This document shows, piece by piece, positions 19,063-28,095 of a stretch of 38,925 bases of DNA. Numbering within the stretch: position 1 is the first letter of the stretch; each line of letters begins with the position of its first letter. Origin of the DNA: a bacterium. GTDB taxonomy: Bacteria > Patescibacteriota > Microgenomatia > Levybacterales > UBA12049. Position numbers and translations under genes: made by a program. Location of the stretch: contig JAKALN010000004.1 of NCBI GenBank assembly GCA_021824155.1, positions 1 through 38,925 of the forward strand, read 5' to 3'. Below the pieces are notes generated by a model. It worked only from the letters and a program-made list of their open reading frames with translations, was not told the origin of the DNA and did no database searches.

Positions 19063-19604
19063 GGTGTCACATTAGGACTTGTTACTGCAAAATTGCAGGG
19101 CCCGCCGCAGGAATTTGCAGTTATCCCGTTTGCTGCGATGCTCGGACACTCGTTGTTAACCAGATTCTTACAAATCTGCGGGTCGGACGTACCTCTATCA
19201 AGCGTAGCATAAAGATAATAAGATTGTCCAGTTGAATAGTAAACATAATTGTCGGAAGAAACAGGGTCTTTAGGAAGTAAATTCATATATGGCTGCCATT
19301 GGGTTCCCCAATCCGCAGTTGTCAAATCAAGCCTTACAATTCTGTAAAGAGGGGGGGTAACCGCAGAGTAAGACGGATATTTTCCGTTGTCCTGATAATA
19401 GGTTTCAAGGGCCCTTTGGATTTGGGCCAAATCCGATTTTCTTCTTGAATCGTTTGCTTTTTGAAACTGGGCAAAGGGATTAAGCGCAACTATAGATCCT
19501 ACAGCAAGAACAGAAAGAATCCCTATAACAACAATAAGCTCCACAAGCGTAAAACCTTTTTCTTTATTTGAAATTTGAAATTTGAAATTTGAAATTTTAT
19601 TCAT
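19059..19604 (-). CDS. Prepilin, GspG-like (start moved to ATG 19604, TAATG overlap with upstream stop)
   Basis: [17 protein letters not shown]|FTLVELIVVIGIL; KANDSRRKSDLAQIQRALETYYQDNGKYP; LPKDP. Confidence 0.9.
   Translation of the reverse strand: MNKISNFKFQISNKEKGFTLVELIVVIGILSVLAVGSIVALNPFAQFQKANDSRRKSDLAQIQRALETYYQDNGKYPSYSAVTPPLYRIVRLDLTTADWGTQWQPYMNLLPKDPVSSDNYVYYSTGQSYYLYATLDRGTSDPQICKNLVNNECPSIAANGITANSCGGPCNFAVTSPNVTP
19566..19593 (-). repeat. Perfect (ATTTGAA)x4 tandem repeat inside a pilin leader
   Basis: Four exact 7-nt units at 19566-19593. Confidence 0.92.
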
Positions 19605-20512
19605 TATTGTGTACATAAACTGCCGCTGCAGGTTGTTGTTCCGGGCCCAGAGTAACAAGTTAAAGTACCGCCATATATCGTACACTGGCTTTGAACTACA
19701 CTGTTACAGTGCCCGCTTGATACTGCATAATAATTAGGATTGCAGTTAAAAGGCGCAGGTGTGGGCGTAGGGGTAGGAGTCGGAGTCGGAACGGGCGTAG
19801 GAGTAGGGCTTGACGTAGGCGAGGGCGTAGGAGTAGGGCTTGACGTAGGCGAAGATGACGGAGTAGAAGAACCGGTAGGCAAAGGAGTAGAAGAACCGAT
19901 AACGGGGTTTGGTAGAGGATTTGCAGCTATATAAGAACAATTTACGTTTCCCGATACAACGCAATAGTTGTAGCCCAAAGCCTGGTAATTTGTAGGTAAG
20001 CAATTTGAAAGCTGGGACAAAGCGCAGGAAGTCTGGAGGCTTGCGGTAGAGGACATTTTTGCAAAAAGGACGTTCCACTGCGGACAGCTGCTGCCGTCTG
20101 TTTCATATAAATAAGAAACCGCCCCCGAAGCAGGGTAATCCGGGTCCTGCGGAACCGTCTGGAGATAAACAGAAGAACCTTTGGTAAACGAACCTCCCAT
20201 GGAAACAGAAGCCGGATAGCAGTTTACGTCGGAGAGGTAAGAATCCAAAGCACTTCTTATCTGCGTTAAATCATGCTGTCTTCTTGCGTCTTTTGCCTTA
20301 TCGAGCTGTTTTATGGGGTTTAAAGTGACTATAGCCATGGTAATAAGGGTAGAAAGAATTACTACAACCACAAGAAGTTCTACTAGAGTAAACCCAAAAA
20401 TACCATTATGCGGGTAACTATTAAATCCCCTAAAAAAAGGCTTATAATGCTTCCTGTTACTAAAAAGGGTCCAAAAGGAATTGTATCTTTTATGGATGCC
20501 TTTTTTCTCCAT
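19604..20512 (-). CDS. Prepilin with Ser/Thr/Pro linker and C-terminal 6-Cys domain; start uncertain
   Basis: G|[13 protein letters not shown]; [21 protein letters not shown]; [10 protein letters not shown] linker; only in-frame ATG lies 130 nt inside pilD. Confidence 0.85.
   Translation of the reverse strand: MEKKGIHKRYNSFWTLFSNRKHYKPFFRGFNSYPHNGIFGFTLVELLVVVVILSTLITMAIVTLNPIKQLDKAKDARRQHDLTQIRSALDSYLSDVNCYPASVSMGGSFTKGSSVYLQTVPQDPDYPASGAVSYLYETDGSSCPQWNVLFAKMSSTASLQTSCALSQLSNCLPTNYQALGYNYCVVSGNVNCSYIAANPLPNPVIGSSTPLPTGSSTPSSSPTSSPTPTPSPTSSPTPTPVPTPTPTPTPTPAPFNCNPNYYAVSSGHCNSVVQSQCTIYGGTLTCYSGPGTTTCSGSLCTQ
19793..19852. repeat. 30-bp exact tandem duplication in the Pro/Thr/Ser linker
   Basis: gggcgtaggagtagggcttgacgtaggcga x2. 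Confidence 0.9.
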
Positions 20513-21198
20513 AGAATTAGTATGAGACCAATAAATGCTCCTGTCAAGAAAGCTAAATATAAAGAAATGATTATTTTAGGAAAGCCCAAAACCAACCCCA
20601 AAAGAAAAGCAAGTTTTACGTCTCCGAAGCCCATTCCTTTTCCTCCTGTAAAAAGAAACAGAATAAAGAAAAATAAAAATGAGCCGGCAGCGGAAATTAA
20701 ATTCAAAATAAAAAACTGAGGATTAATGGCAAGGTATATAAAACTTATAAGAATTGCGGGAAGAACTATCTTATCGGATATTATCCCGTATTTTAAATCT
20801 TCCAAAAAAACAATTATAAAAGACCCTGTAATAAATAAATAATAGAGCAACGATATAATCTTAAGGTAAGGAGGATTTAAAAAAGACGTCTGAATCCCCG
20901 GATAAAAAATAAATATAAAAACCGCGGAAAATAAAATTCCGGTGATAATCTCCGACAAGGGATAATAATAGTTTATTCTTTTATGGCAGTACCTGCATTT
21001 TCCCCGCAGTATTAAAAAAGATAGAAGGGGAACAAGGTCTTCCCATTCCAGGTTTTTTTTGCAGAATTCACAATGCGACCTTCCTTTAACTATAGCTTCG
21101 CCGCTTTTCAGCCTGTCAGCTACAACATTAAAAAACGATCCGAAGAAAGTACCTATAAAAAACAGGAAAAGTACCGAAAGGTAGATTAAATTACTCAT
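20383..21198 (-). CDS. pilD: Prepilin peptidase / N-methyltransferase (A24)
   Basis: [16 protein letters not shown]...L...[33 protein letters not shown]. Confidence 0.96.
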   Translation of the reverse strand: MSNLIYLSVLFLFFIGTFFGSFFNVVADRLKSGEAIVKGRSHCEFCKKNLEWEDLVPLLSFLILRGKCRYCHKRINYYYPLSEIITGILFSAVFIFIFYPGIQTSFLNPPYLKIISLLYYLFITGSFIIVFLEDLKYGIISDKIVLPAILISFIYLAINPQFFILNLISAAGSFLFFFILFLFTGGKGMGFGDVKLAFLLGLVLGFPKIIISLYLAFLTGAFIGLILILWRKKASIKDTIPFGPFLVTGSIISLFLGDLIVTRIMVFLGLL

Positions 21199-23201
21199 CC
21201 TTCTATATTCTTAATCGTCTTTGTTAAATCGTCAAGAAAATTAGATTTAAAAACTTTATTGTATTCATTTATGATAGTTTTTGCTTTTTTTTCATTCTTA
21301 AAACAGCTGATATAATTATAATACTGGAAAAAATAGGGGACCGGATTATATCTGTCCAGCTCTATGGCGGCATTCAGGTTCATCTGAGCCAACCCGCAAT
21401 TATTCTCTTTTAGATAGTAATTTCCTATCGACTGAAAGGCTGCCGGATTACTGCCGTCCGCTTCCAGCGCTTTTTGGTAATATTCCGAAGCGGATACTTT
21501 GTCGCCATAGTGGTTAAGAAAATAATTCCCTGTTCTTACCAATGCATTAGAGTAAAACAGGGGAATGTCCGCAATCGTTAAGTTACCCATTACCAAAGTA
21601 TCCGTTTTGGGAATATGAAAACTTTTCCATAATTTCCCCATTTGTTTTTTATACTCGGCGTTTGAGGGAAGGTCTCCTATAAAAAGCTTATTTGACAGCC
21701 CGTAAGGAACCCAATTTAACTGTTTTCCTTTTGTAGGTTCGATATCCGCTATGGAGAAAACCGGTGTTGTTTTTGCTATTTCCAAAGTAACATTAACGTT
21801 GGAATTTATTTTATTTTTCTCATTGGGATATTTTTTTAAGTAACTTTCCTGTTTGTCTTTGAAATATTTATTTTCCGTTACTCCGTTTATGTTTACCACC
21901 TGCACGTCAGGCCTGAAATTTTTACCGAAATGGACATACCACGTATTAAATAAAACAGTGTCTCCATTTAAAAATATCATAGAATTTTTCGGAAGGGGGC
22001 TAAGCAAATCGTAAGCTACATCATCTCCCGCTGTTAAACCGCTTAAATCCGTTTTTACGTAATTAAACCTGAAAAGCATCAGGGGAATTAAAATAAAAAC
22101 ACAGATTATAAGTGATGACAATATCTTTTTGGACAAAAATTTATCTAAAATAGTTTTTAAAAGTAGGAGTCCAAACGGAAAAAGCATTAAATAAACGATA
22201 AAGGAGAGAGTAATAAACCTTTCATAAACCCCTAAATTAAATGAATTTACAAACGGAAAACCGGAATAATAAACAAAAAACGGGCCCGATAATATAAAAG
22301 CCAAAAAAAGGGACAGGAGGAGTTTCCTATTATTTTTAAGAAGATGAATAAGTCCCAGGAAGATAACAAATGATGCCGGAATAGTTGCCTGGGTAATTAT
22401 ATTAAAAAAATAAATTTTAACGTCTATAATTCTTTGCTCAACTGAAGAACTTGCAAACGAGCCGATACTGAATGTACCGTAATCTTTTCTTAACACCAGG
22501 TGTAAAAATGAATCTAAATTATGTACGTGGTCCCAATTTATCGGTGGGTTATGAAAAGATGCTATCGGGATATAAATATAAGGAATTAGTCCTAAAGCTC
22601 CAAACAGAAAACTCAAGACGATATTTTTGGGCTTTTTGAAATCTTTTATAAGCCGGGGAAAAACCAGAACCAAAAGCGAAGGGAATATAAGAATAATCGT
22701 TTGGTGGTTAGTTAAAGAAAGCCCTGCTATAAAGGCAAGCAAAAAAAGATATTTTATATTTTTGCTTGAGGAATATACAACCGCTGTTAAAAAAAGCAAA
22801 AGTGCAAAAAAATTATTCAGGGCAAATACTTCCCCTATTTCATTGTAAAACCAGAAATAGTATGTAAAAGCCAAAAGAAGGGCCGATATTACACTTATGA
22901 GCCTGCTCTTTGTAAATTTTAGGGATAGGTAATAAAAAATTAATACCCCAAACGCTCCGGAGAAAGCGGAAATTAAGCCTATCATAAAAGCAGGGGATAT
23001 AAAGTTTATCCTGGAAAGTAAAAATCCCAAAAAAGTAAAAAGAGGATAACCGGGAGCATGTGCGACACCCATTGTAGCCGCGGCATTTAGTAAATCTCCT
23101 ACATCTCCTCCATAAGTTGCCCTTGAAAGGTTGTGTATATAAATTGCCAGAACGCCGATAAAAATAGTCAGAGGCAGAAGATTCTTTCTAATAAAAACCA
23201 T
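21195..23201 (-). CDS. DUF2723 / TMEM260-like GT-C glycosyltransferase with C-terminal TPR-like helices
   Basis: GD.GDL..AA.TMGVAHAPGYPLFT, EVFALN, GLSLTNHQT, YIYIPI....PPINW, R.DYG; many TM helices; A..YYQKALE.D TPR-like segment. Confidence 0.85.
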   Translation of the reverse strand: MVFIRKNLLPLTIFIGVLAIYIHNLSRATYGGDVGDLLNAAATMGVAHAPGYPLFTFLGFLLSRINFISPAFMIGLISAFSGAFGVLIFYYLSLKFTKSRLISVISALLLAFTYYFWFYNEIGEVFALNNFFALLLFLTAVVYSSSKNIKYLFLLAFIAGLSLTNHQTIILIFPSLLVLVFPRLIKDFKKPKNIVLSFLFGALGLIPYIYIPIASFHNPPINWDHVHNLDSFLHLVLRKDYGTFSIGSFASSSVEQRIIDVKIYFFNIITQATIPASFVIFLGLIHLLKNNRKLLLSLFLAFILSGPFFVYYSGFPFVNSFNLGVYERFITLSFIVYLMLFPFGLLLLKTILDKFLSKKILSSLIICVFILIPLMLFRFNYVKTDLSGLTAGDDVAYDLLSPLPKNSMIFLNGDTVLFNTWYVHFGKNFRPDVQVVNINGVTENKYFKDKQESYLKKYPNEKNKINSNVNVTLEIAKTTPVFSIADIEPTKGKQLNWVPYGLSNKLFIGDLPSNAEYKKQMGKLWKSFHIPKTDTLVMGNLTIADIPLFYSNALVRTGNYFLNHYGDKVSASEYYQKALEADGSNPAAFQSIGNYYLKENNCGLAQMNLNAAIELDRYNPVPYFFQYYNYISCFKNEKKAKTIINEYNKVFKSNFLDDLTKTIKNIEG

Positions 23202-23209
23202 TGGAGTGA

Positions 23210-23779
23210 TTACTCAGAGCACCAATAGCATGTACCCGAAGTTGGATTTGGACACAGGGTTGTAGACAGTGCTGTAGCAAGGCTATTGTTTGTCGTATCG
23301 GATGCGTTCCTCTGAGACCTGGATTTAGGAGCATAACAGGCAGTCAAGTTTGTCGAAGTGCCTTTAACATATATCTGGTTAAGTATATTGGTAACCGATG
23401 TAAAGCTGGATTTAAGTTCTCCGTCGGTTATAAGAGCCTGGATACATCCGTTAGCCCCGAGAAGGTTGCTTAAATTTTCGCCTCCCGCGGTAACTGTTGC
23501 GGCAGATAGCACACAACTTGTTGCACTTGCATTCGCAGTATCATTCCAAGGCATTGCACTGTGAGTTGTATAATACCTTACATTTGCGTCTATATATTCA
23601 ATTAAAGTATTTTTGGTATTTGCATCCTGGGCTTTATTCAGCTGTTCGAAAGGATCGATGGTTGCGATTAACGCTGCTGCCAAAACTCCTAAAATTCCGA
23701 TGACGACCAAAAGTTCGATAAGGGTAAATCCTGAGGATTTTTTGAATAATTTCTTTAGCGCTTCAATGAGCTTTTTCAT
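23210..23779 (-). CDS. pilA: Probable major type IV pilin (start moved to ATG 23779)
   Basis: MKKLIEALKKLFKKSSG|FTLIELLVVIGILGVLAA, IDPFEQLNKAQD; has its own TTGACA promoter; Ser/Thr/Ala-rich with Cys pairs. Confidence 0.8.
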   Translation of the reverse strand: MKKLIEALKKLFKKSSGFTLIELLVVIGILGVLAAALIATIDPFEQLNKAQDANTKNTLIEYIDANVRYYTTHSAMPWNDTANASATSCVLSAATVTAGGENLSNLLGANGCIQALITDGELKSSFTSVTNILNQIYVKGTSTNLTACYAPKSRSQRNASDTTNNSLATALSTTLCPNPTSGTCYWCSE

Positions 23780-23790
23780 TGTATATATCA

Positions 23791-23820
23791 ATATTAAACA
23801 TATACCAAATACCTTGTCAA
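23791..23820 (-). promoter_or_regulatory. Sigma70-type promoter upstream of the pilin gene
   Basis: TTGACA (23820-23815) then 18 nt to TAATAT on the minus strand. Confidence 0.6.
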
Positions 23821-23834
23821 TAGGCATTTTAGCC

Positions 23835-25040
23835 TTATTGTATGCTCGATATTAAACTGTAAATAGGCGTTATAACAGATATAATTAAAAACGCTACGCC
23901 GACACCCAAAACTACCATAATAAAAGGTTCCATAGCTGTTGTAAGGGCCTTAACCGTTCCATCTACTTCTCTTTCAAAATATTCCGACGCCCTTGTCAGT
24001 GAATCGTCAACTTTTCCCGTTTGCTCTCCTACTTTTACCAGCTGTATAAGAATCGGAGGAAACAGGGGATAAACAGACATCGCATCTCCTATGGTTACAC
24101 CTTTTTCAACCTGTTTGGAAACATCTTTAATGGCGTTTCTGTAATGCACATTATTAGCCGTATCTGCGGTCTCTATAAGTGCATCAACAACCAGAGTCCC
24201 AGTACCAACTAAAAGTCCGAAAGTCCTTGCGAATTCGGCAAGTATTGTCTGCTGTATCAGTTTACCGAAAATCGGAAGCTTTAACATTATACTGTCTATA
24301 ATAAGCTCGCCCTCTACGGTTTTCTTCCAGCGCCTGAAAAAGTAAAATCCGCCCACAACGGCCAATATTACAATAAACCAGAAGGAACTTATAAAATTAG
24401 AAATTCCAATTACTATTTGAGTAGGAAGAGGAAGCGGAACGTTAAGGTTTTGGTATAAAAGAGTAAGCTGCGGTATTACGAAAATCATCATAATAAACAT
24501 AACTACAACCATCAAAATAATAACTATTACCGGATACATCAGGGCAGACCTTATAGTACCCCTTAGTTTTGTCTGTTTTTCCAGGTTGTCCGCAAGCCTC
24601 AAAAGCACTTTATCTAAAAGTCCGGAGGCTTCTCCCGCCTTTATTAAAGAAATATAAATAGGGGAAAATACATTTGGATATTTTGATATGGAAGAAGAAA
24701 GTGTTTTCCCCTCTTCAACGTCATTGATAATACTGTTTACTATTTCCACCATTGCAGGATTTTGCACCTGGTCTTTTAAAATTCCCAAGGCCTTCATAAG
24801 GGTTAATCCAGAAGCAAGCATCGAGGAAAGCTGTCTTGTAAAAAGAACCAAATCCGAGCTTTTTACCCTTTTAAGCATCGGAAAAGCTCTGGCAATAGGA
24901 TTATCCTCTTCCTTGATTATGTGGATAGGGGTTAGTTCTTTGCTTCTTAAATACTGGGCCGCCTCGTTTATGTCACCGGCATCAATTACTCCCTGTTCCA
25001 GTTTTCCGTCTTTTGTCGCAGCTTTATAATGAAGTTTCAT
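23835..25040 (-). CDS. pilC: Type IV pilus platform protein PilC (GspF family)
   Basis: FTRQLSSML.SGL, VEEGK.LS, GEASGLLD, SALMYP, VGEQTG.VD, AMEP; three TMs. Confidence 0.96.
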   Translation of the reverse strand: MKLHYKAATKDGKLEQGVIDAGDINEAAQYLRSKELTPIHIIKEEDNPIARAFPMLKRVKSSDLVLFTRQLSSMLASGLTLMKALGILKDQVQNPAMVEIVNSIINDVEEGKTLSSSISKYPNVFSPIYISLIKAGEASGLLDKVLLRLADNLEKQTKLRGTIRSALMYPVIVIILMVVVMFIMMIFVIPQLTLLYQNLNVPLPLPTQIVIGISNFISSFWFIVILAVVGGFYFFRRWKKTVEGELIIDSIMLKLPIFGKLIQQTILAEFARTFGLLVGTGTLVVDALIETADTANNVHYRNAIKDVSKQVEKGVTIGDAMSVYPLFPPILIQLVKVGEQTGKVDDSLTRASEYFEREVDGTVKALTTAMEPFIMVVLGVGVAFLIISVITPIYSLISSIQ

Positions 25041-25043
25041 AAA

Positions 25044-26111
25044 TTATCCTACAAGTCTAAGAAGATCATCGGGACGCAAAGCGTAACTCTTAGCCATCTC
25101 AAGACTTATGTTCCCCGACAAAACAAGAGACGCAAGAGAAGATTCAAGGGTTATCATTCCGCTGTCCTGGGAAGTTTGTATAATAGAATCAATAAGATGT
25201 GTTTTTCCCTCCCTTATTGTACTCGCGATTGCGGAAGTGCCCATTAAAACTTCTACCGCAGGCATTCTTCCCCCGTTAATTTCGGGCAGAAGCCTTTGGG
25301 AAACAACCCCTTTAAGCGTGGAGGCAAGCTGGACCCTTATTTGGCTTTGCTGGCTGGGAGGAAATGAATCTATAATCCTGTCTATTGTCTGGGCCGCGGA
25401 ATTTGTATGAAGGGTGGAAAAAACCAAATGGCCGGTTTCGGCAATGGTAATTGCGGCGCTTATGGTTTCGGGGTCCCTCATTTCTCCGACCAGTACTACA
25501 TCGGGGTCCTCCCGCAGGGCCGACCTTAAAGCCATCGACCATGAATGGCTGTCTATGTCCATTTCCCTTTGGGAAATAATACTTTTTCCCGCCGGATATA
25601 CGTATTCAATAGGGTCTTCTATTGTCAATATATGCGTGGCCCGTTTTAAATTTATTTCATTTATTATCGAGGCAATTGTTGTTGATTTCCCGTGGCCGGT
25701 TGGGCCGGTAACCAATACAAAACCCTGTTTCATGTCCGCAAAATTATGAAGGACTTTGGGAAGATTAAGCTCTTCAAGAGTGCGGATGTTGGGCAGTAAA
25801 AACCTGAAAGCAGCGCTTAAAAAACCTCTCTGGTAATAAATGTTTGCCCTAAACCTTCCTAAATTTCCGTAATCTCCGCCTCCAAACCCGAATGAAAAAT
25901 CCAATTCCTTATTGTTTATTACGTATTCTTTTTGCTGCGGGGTAAGAAGGGAAAATACAAGATTTTCAACCATTTCATGGGACAGGGCGGAATAACTTGT
26001 AAGATATCTAAGAGACCCGTCAATCCTAATAACGGGAGGGATTCCCGCCAAAAGATGTAAATCCGAAGCGTTGTTTTTTACAGTTAAATTTAACAGTTCA
26101 TGTATATCCAT
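25044..26111 (-). CDS. pilT: Type IV pilus retraction ATPase PilT (ATG 26111; TTG 26117 also possible)
   Basis: ASDLHL, GPTGHGKSTT, TIEDPIEY, ALRSALREDPDVVLVGEMRD, AETGHLVFSTLHT, IREGK. Confidence 0.96.
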   Translation of the reverse strand: MDIHELLNLTVKNNASDLHLLAGIPPVIRIDGSLRYLTSYSALSHEMVENLVFSLLTPQQKEYVINNKELDFSFGFGGGDYGNLGRFRANIYYQRGFLSAAFRFLLPNIRTLEELNLPKVLHNFADMKQGFVLVTGPTGHGKSTTIASIINEINLKRATHILTIEDPIEYVYPAGKSIISQREMDIDSHSWSMALRSALREDPDVVLVGEMRDPETISAAITIAETGHLVFSTLHTNSAAQTIDRIIDSFPPSQQSQIRVQLASTLKGVVSQRLLPEINGGRMPAVEVLMGTSAIASTIREGKTHLIDSIIQTSQDSGMITLESSLASLVLSGNISLEMAKSYALRPDDLLRLVG

Positions 26112-26210
26112 ATCCAAAAAATTTCTAATTTCTAATTTCTAATTTCTAATTTTATTTTAATACCTATATCCATATTAGAACATTAGTGCAATTAGAGCAA
26201 TTAGATTAAT
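26103..26210. repeat. (TTTCTAA)x4 array between 11-bp direct repeats, with an opposing ATTAG 8-9-mer arm
   Basis: tatatccatat at 26103-26113 and 26165-26175; tttctaa x4 at 26122-26149; attagaac attagtgca attagagca attagatta from 26174. Confidence 0.88.
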
Positions 26211-26215
26211 TTTCA

Positions 26216-27943
26216 TTATTCCTGTGCAACCCTAAGCACTTCTTCTACCGTTGTTATTCCCTGTAAAACTTTTAAATATCCGTCCTGTTTCATCGTAATC
26301 ATTCCTTCGGAAGTAGCCTCTTTTTCGATTGTACTGCTGTCGGGATTTGATAATACCAGCTTTGTAATTTTATCCGTAATAGGAAGACACTCGAATATTC
26401 CTATTCTTCCCAAATATCCCGACAGACCGCACTGGTCACACCCTTTTCCTTTATATAGTTTGAGTTCGCCGTTTGCGGGCGGAAAAAGAGTCCCCAAGAC
26501 ATTTTTCATTTCGGTAACAATCTGGGGAAGGGGAGTATATGAAACTTTGCAGTTATTGCATATGGTCCTTACAATCCTTTGCCCTAAAATTGCAGTCATT
26601 GTTGAAGCAAGTAAAAATCTTTCCGCGCCCAAATCTACAAGACGGGGCAGAGCCCCTGCGGCATTGGAAGTATGAAGCGTGGAAAAAACCAAATGGCCGG
26701 TTAATGCGGCCTGGATCGCGAGCTCGGTTGTTTCGTTATCGCGGATTTCTCCAACCAGTATAATATTGGGATCCTGCCTTAAAAAGGCCCTAAGTCCGGT
26801 TGCAAAAGTAAGCCCGACCGCCGGGTTTATCTGCACCTGGTTTATTCCCGACATTTGGTACTCGACGGGGTCTTCCAGAGTCATAATATTTACCCTTGTA
26901 GTATTAAGCTTTTCCAAGACCGAATATAAGGTTGTAGTTTTACCCGAACCGGTAGGCCCGACTACTATAATAATACCGTGGGGTCTTAACATTGCCGTTT
27001 CCAGGTTTTTTAAGGAAGTGCCGGAAAGCCCCAGCTCCTGCAGGGTCGGAACCCCGCCGGATTTCCGAAGCAGCCTCATAACAATTTTCTCCCCGTAAAC
27101 TGTGGGTAAGTCCGAAATACGAAGGTCAACCTCTTTATCCTCTACCCTAAAGTTAAAACGTCCGTCCTGGGGAGTCCTGTGTTCGTCTATTTTCATATCG
27201 GAAAGTATTTTAATCCTTGAAATTAAGGCTTCCTGCACGCTTTTAGGAAGGCTTAACCTGTCGTATAAAATTCCGTCAATCCTGTACCTTACCCTTACCC
27301 TGTCTTCCTGGGGTTCGATATGGACATCGGAAGACCTGCTGTTTACGGCATATTCCAGAATTGTCGAAACTATTTTGGCAACAGGCGCCTCTTTAATAAT
27401 CTGGGCTATATCTTTGCTGTCAACCGTTTTTGTTTTGTTGAATTCTTCCGTTTCTTTTACGGCCTGTCCTACTTCTCCGATTATTTCCTGCCTGTATTGT
27501 TCGGATATTGCCCTGCTCACTTCGCTCGGGGCGGCCGCAAAAGTTTTAATTGTAAGACCTGTTTTTTGCTGTATAAAAGAAAGGGCGTCAAGGTCAACGG
27601 GGTTACTCATTGCAACCGAAAGTAACTTCATTTTATCGTCGTACATAAAAGGAATTAAAGAAAACCTTTCGGCAACCGCCCTTGATATATACTCCAAAGC
27701 CTGCGGGGAAAAAGAGGTATCCTCAAGGGAAATATACGGAATATTCAAGAGCTTTGCCTTTGCCTCGGCAAGTTTGGCTTCGGGAATAATGTTAAGGGAC
27801 GTAATAAGAGAATCCTCCGAAATATTCTGGGTGGCACTTTTTACTTTTATGTCGTTGAATTGTTCCTGGGTAAGTAACTTCTCCGCGAGTAAAATATCGC
27901 TTAAAGTCTGATTCTTTATAGGAGTTTGAAAATCGCTGGGCAT
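26216..27943 (-). CDS. pilB: Type IV pilus extension ATPase PilB (GspE family)
   Basis: SDVHIEP, RYRIDG, PQDGR, GPTGSGKTTT, TLEDPVEY, RQDPNIILVGEIRD, TGHLVFSTLHT, CxxC...CxxC. Confidence 0.96.
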   Translation of the reverse strand: MPSDFQTPIKNQTLSDILLAEKLLTQEQFNDIKVKSATQNISEDSLITSLNIIPEAKLAEAKAKLLNIPYISLEDTSFSPQALEYISRAVAERFSLIPFMYDDKMKLLSVAMSNPVDLDALSFIQQKTGLTIKTFAAAPSEVSRAISEQYRQEIIGEVGQAVKETEEFNKTKTVDSKDIAQIIKEAPVAKIVSTILEYAVNSRSSDVHIEPQEDRVRVRYRIDGILYDRLSLPKSVQEALISRIKILSDMKIDEHRTPQDGRFNFRVEDKEVDLRISDLPTVYGEKIVMRLLRKSGGVPTLQELGLSGTSLKNLETAMLRPHGIIIVVGPTGSGKTTTLYSVLEKLNTTRVNIMTLEDPVEYQMSGINQVQINPAVGLTFATGLRAFLRQDPNIILVGEIRDNETTELAIQAALTGHLVFSTLHTSNAAGALPRLVDLGAERFLLASTMTAILGQRIVRTICNNCKVSYTPLPQIVTEMKNVLGTLFPPANGELKLYKGKGCDQCGLSGYLGRIGIFECLPITDKITKLVLSNPDSSTIEKEATSEGMITMKQDGYLKVLQGITTVEEVLRVAQE

Positions 27944-27950
27944 TACTATT

Positions 27951-27980
27951 ATAGTAGGCTAAAATATGATATAAAGTCAA
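27951..27980 (-). promoter_or_regulatory. Promoter for leaderless pilB
   Basis: TTGACT-18 nt-TACTAT, then 7 nt to ATG 27943. Confidence 0.65.
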
Positions 27981-27983
27981 TAC

Positions 27984-28094
27984 AAAACTAAATTCTAAAT
28001 ACTAATATCTAAATCCTAAATAATGTTCAAAATTAAAAATTCAAAACGTTTAGGGTTTAGAATTTAAAAATTAGGATTTGCGACTGAAAGGAGA
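27984..28094. repeat. 7-nt-periodic inverted-repeat element with SD-bearing tail (homologue of 1803-1884)
   Basis: aaattct aaatact aatatct aaatcct ... tttaggg tttagaa tttaaaa attagga tttgcgactgaaaggaga. Confidence 0.87.
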
Positions 28095-28095
28095 T

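Noticed and set aside
19605-19685. Longer start (19685) for the GspG-like pilin
   Set aside because: It overlaps the upstream pilin's Cys domain; ATG 19604 is coupled to the upstream stop and gives a normal basic leader.
18610-20512. Type II secretion system suggested by GspG-like pilins
   Set aside because: PilT and PilM/N/O are present and no GspC or GspD is seen, so a type IV pilus fits better.
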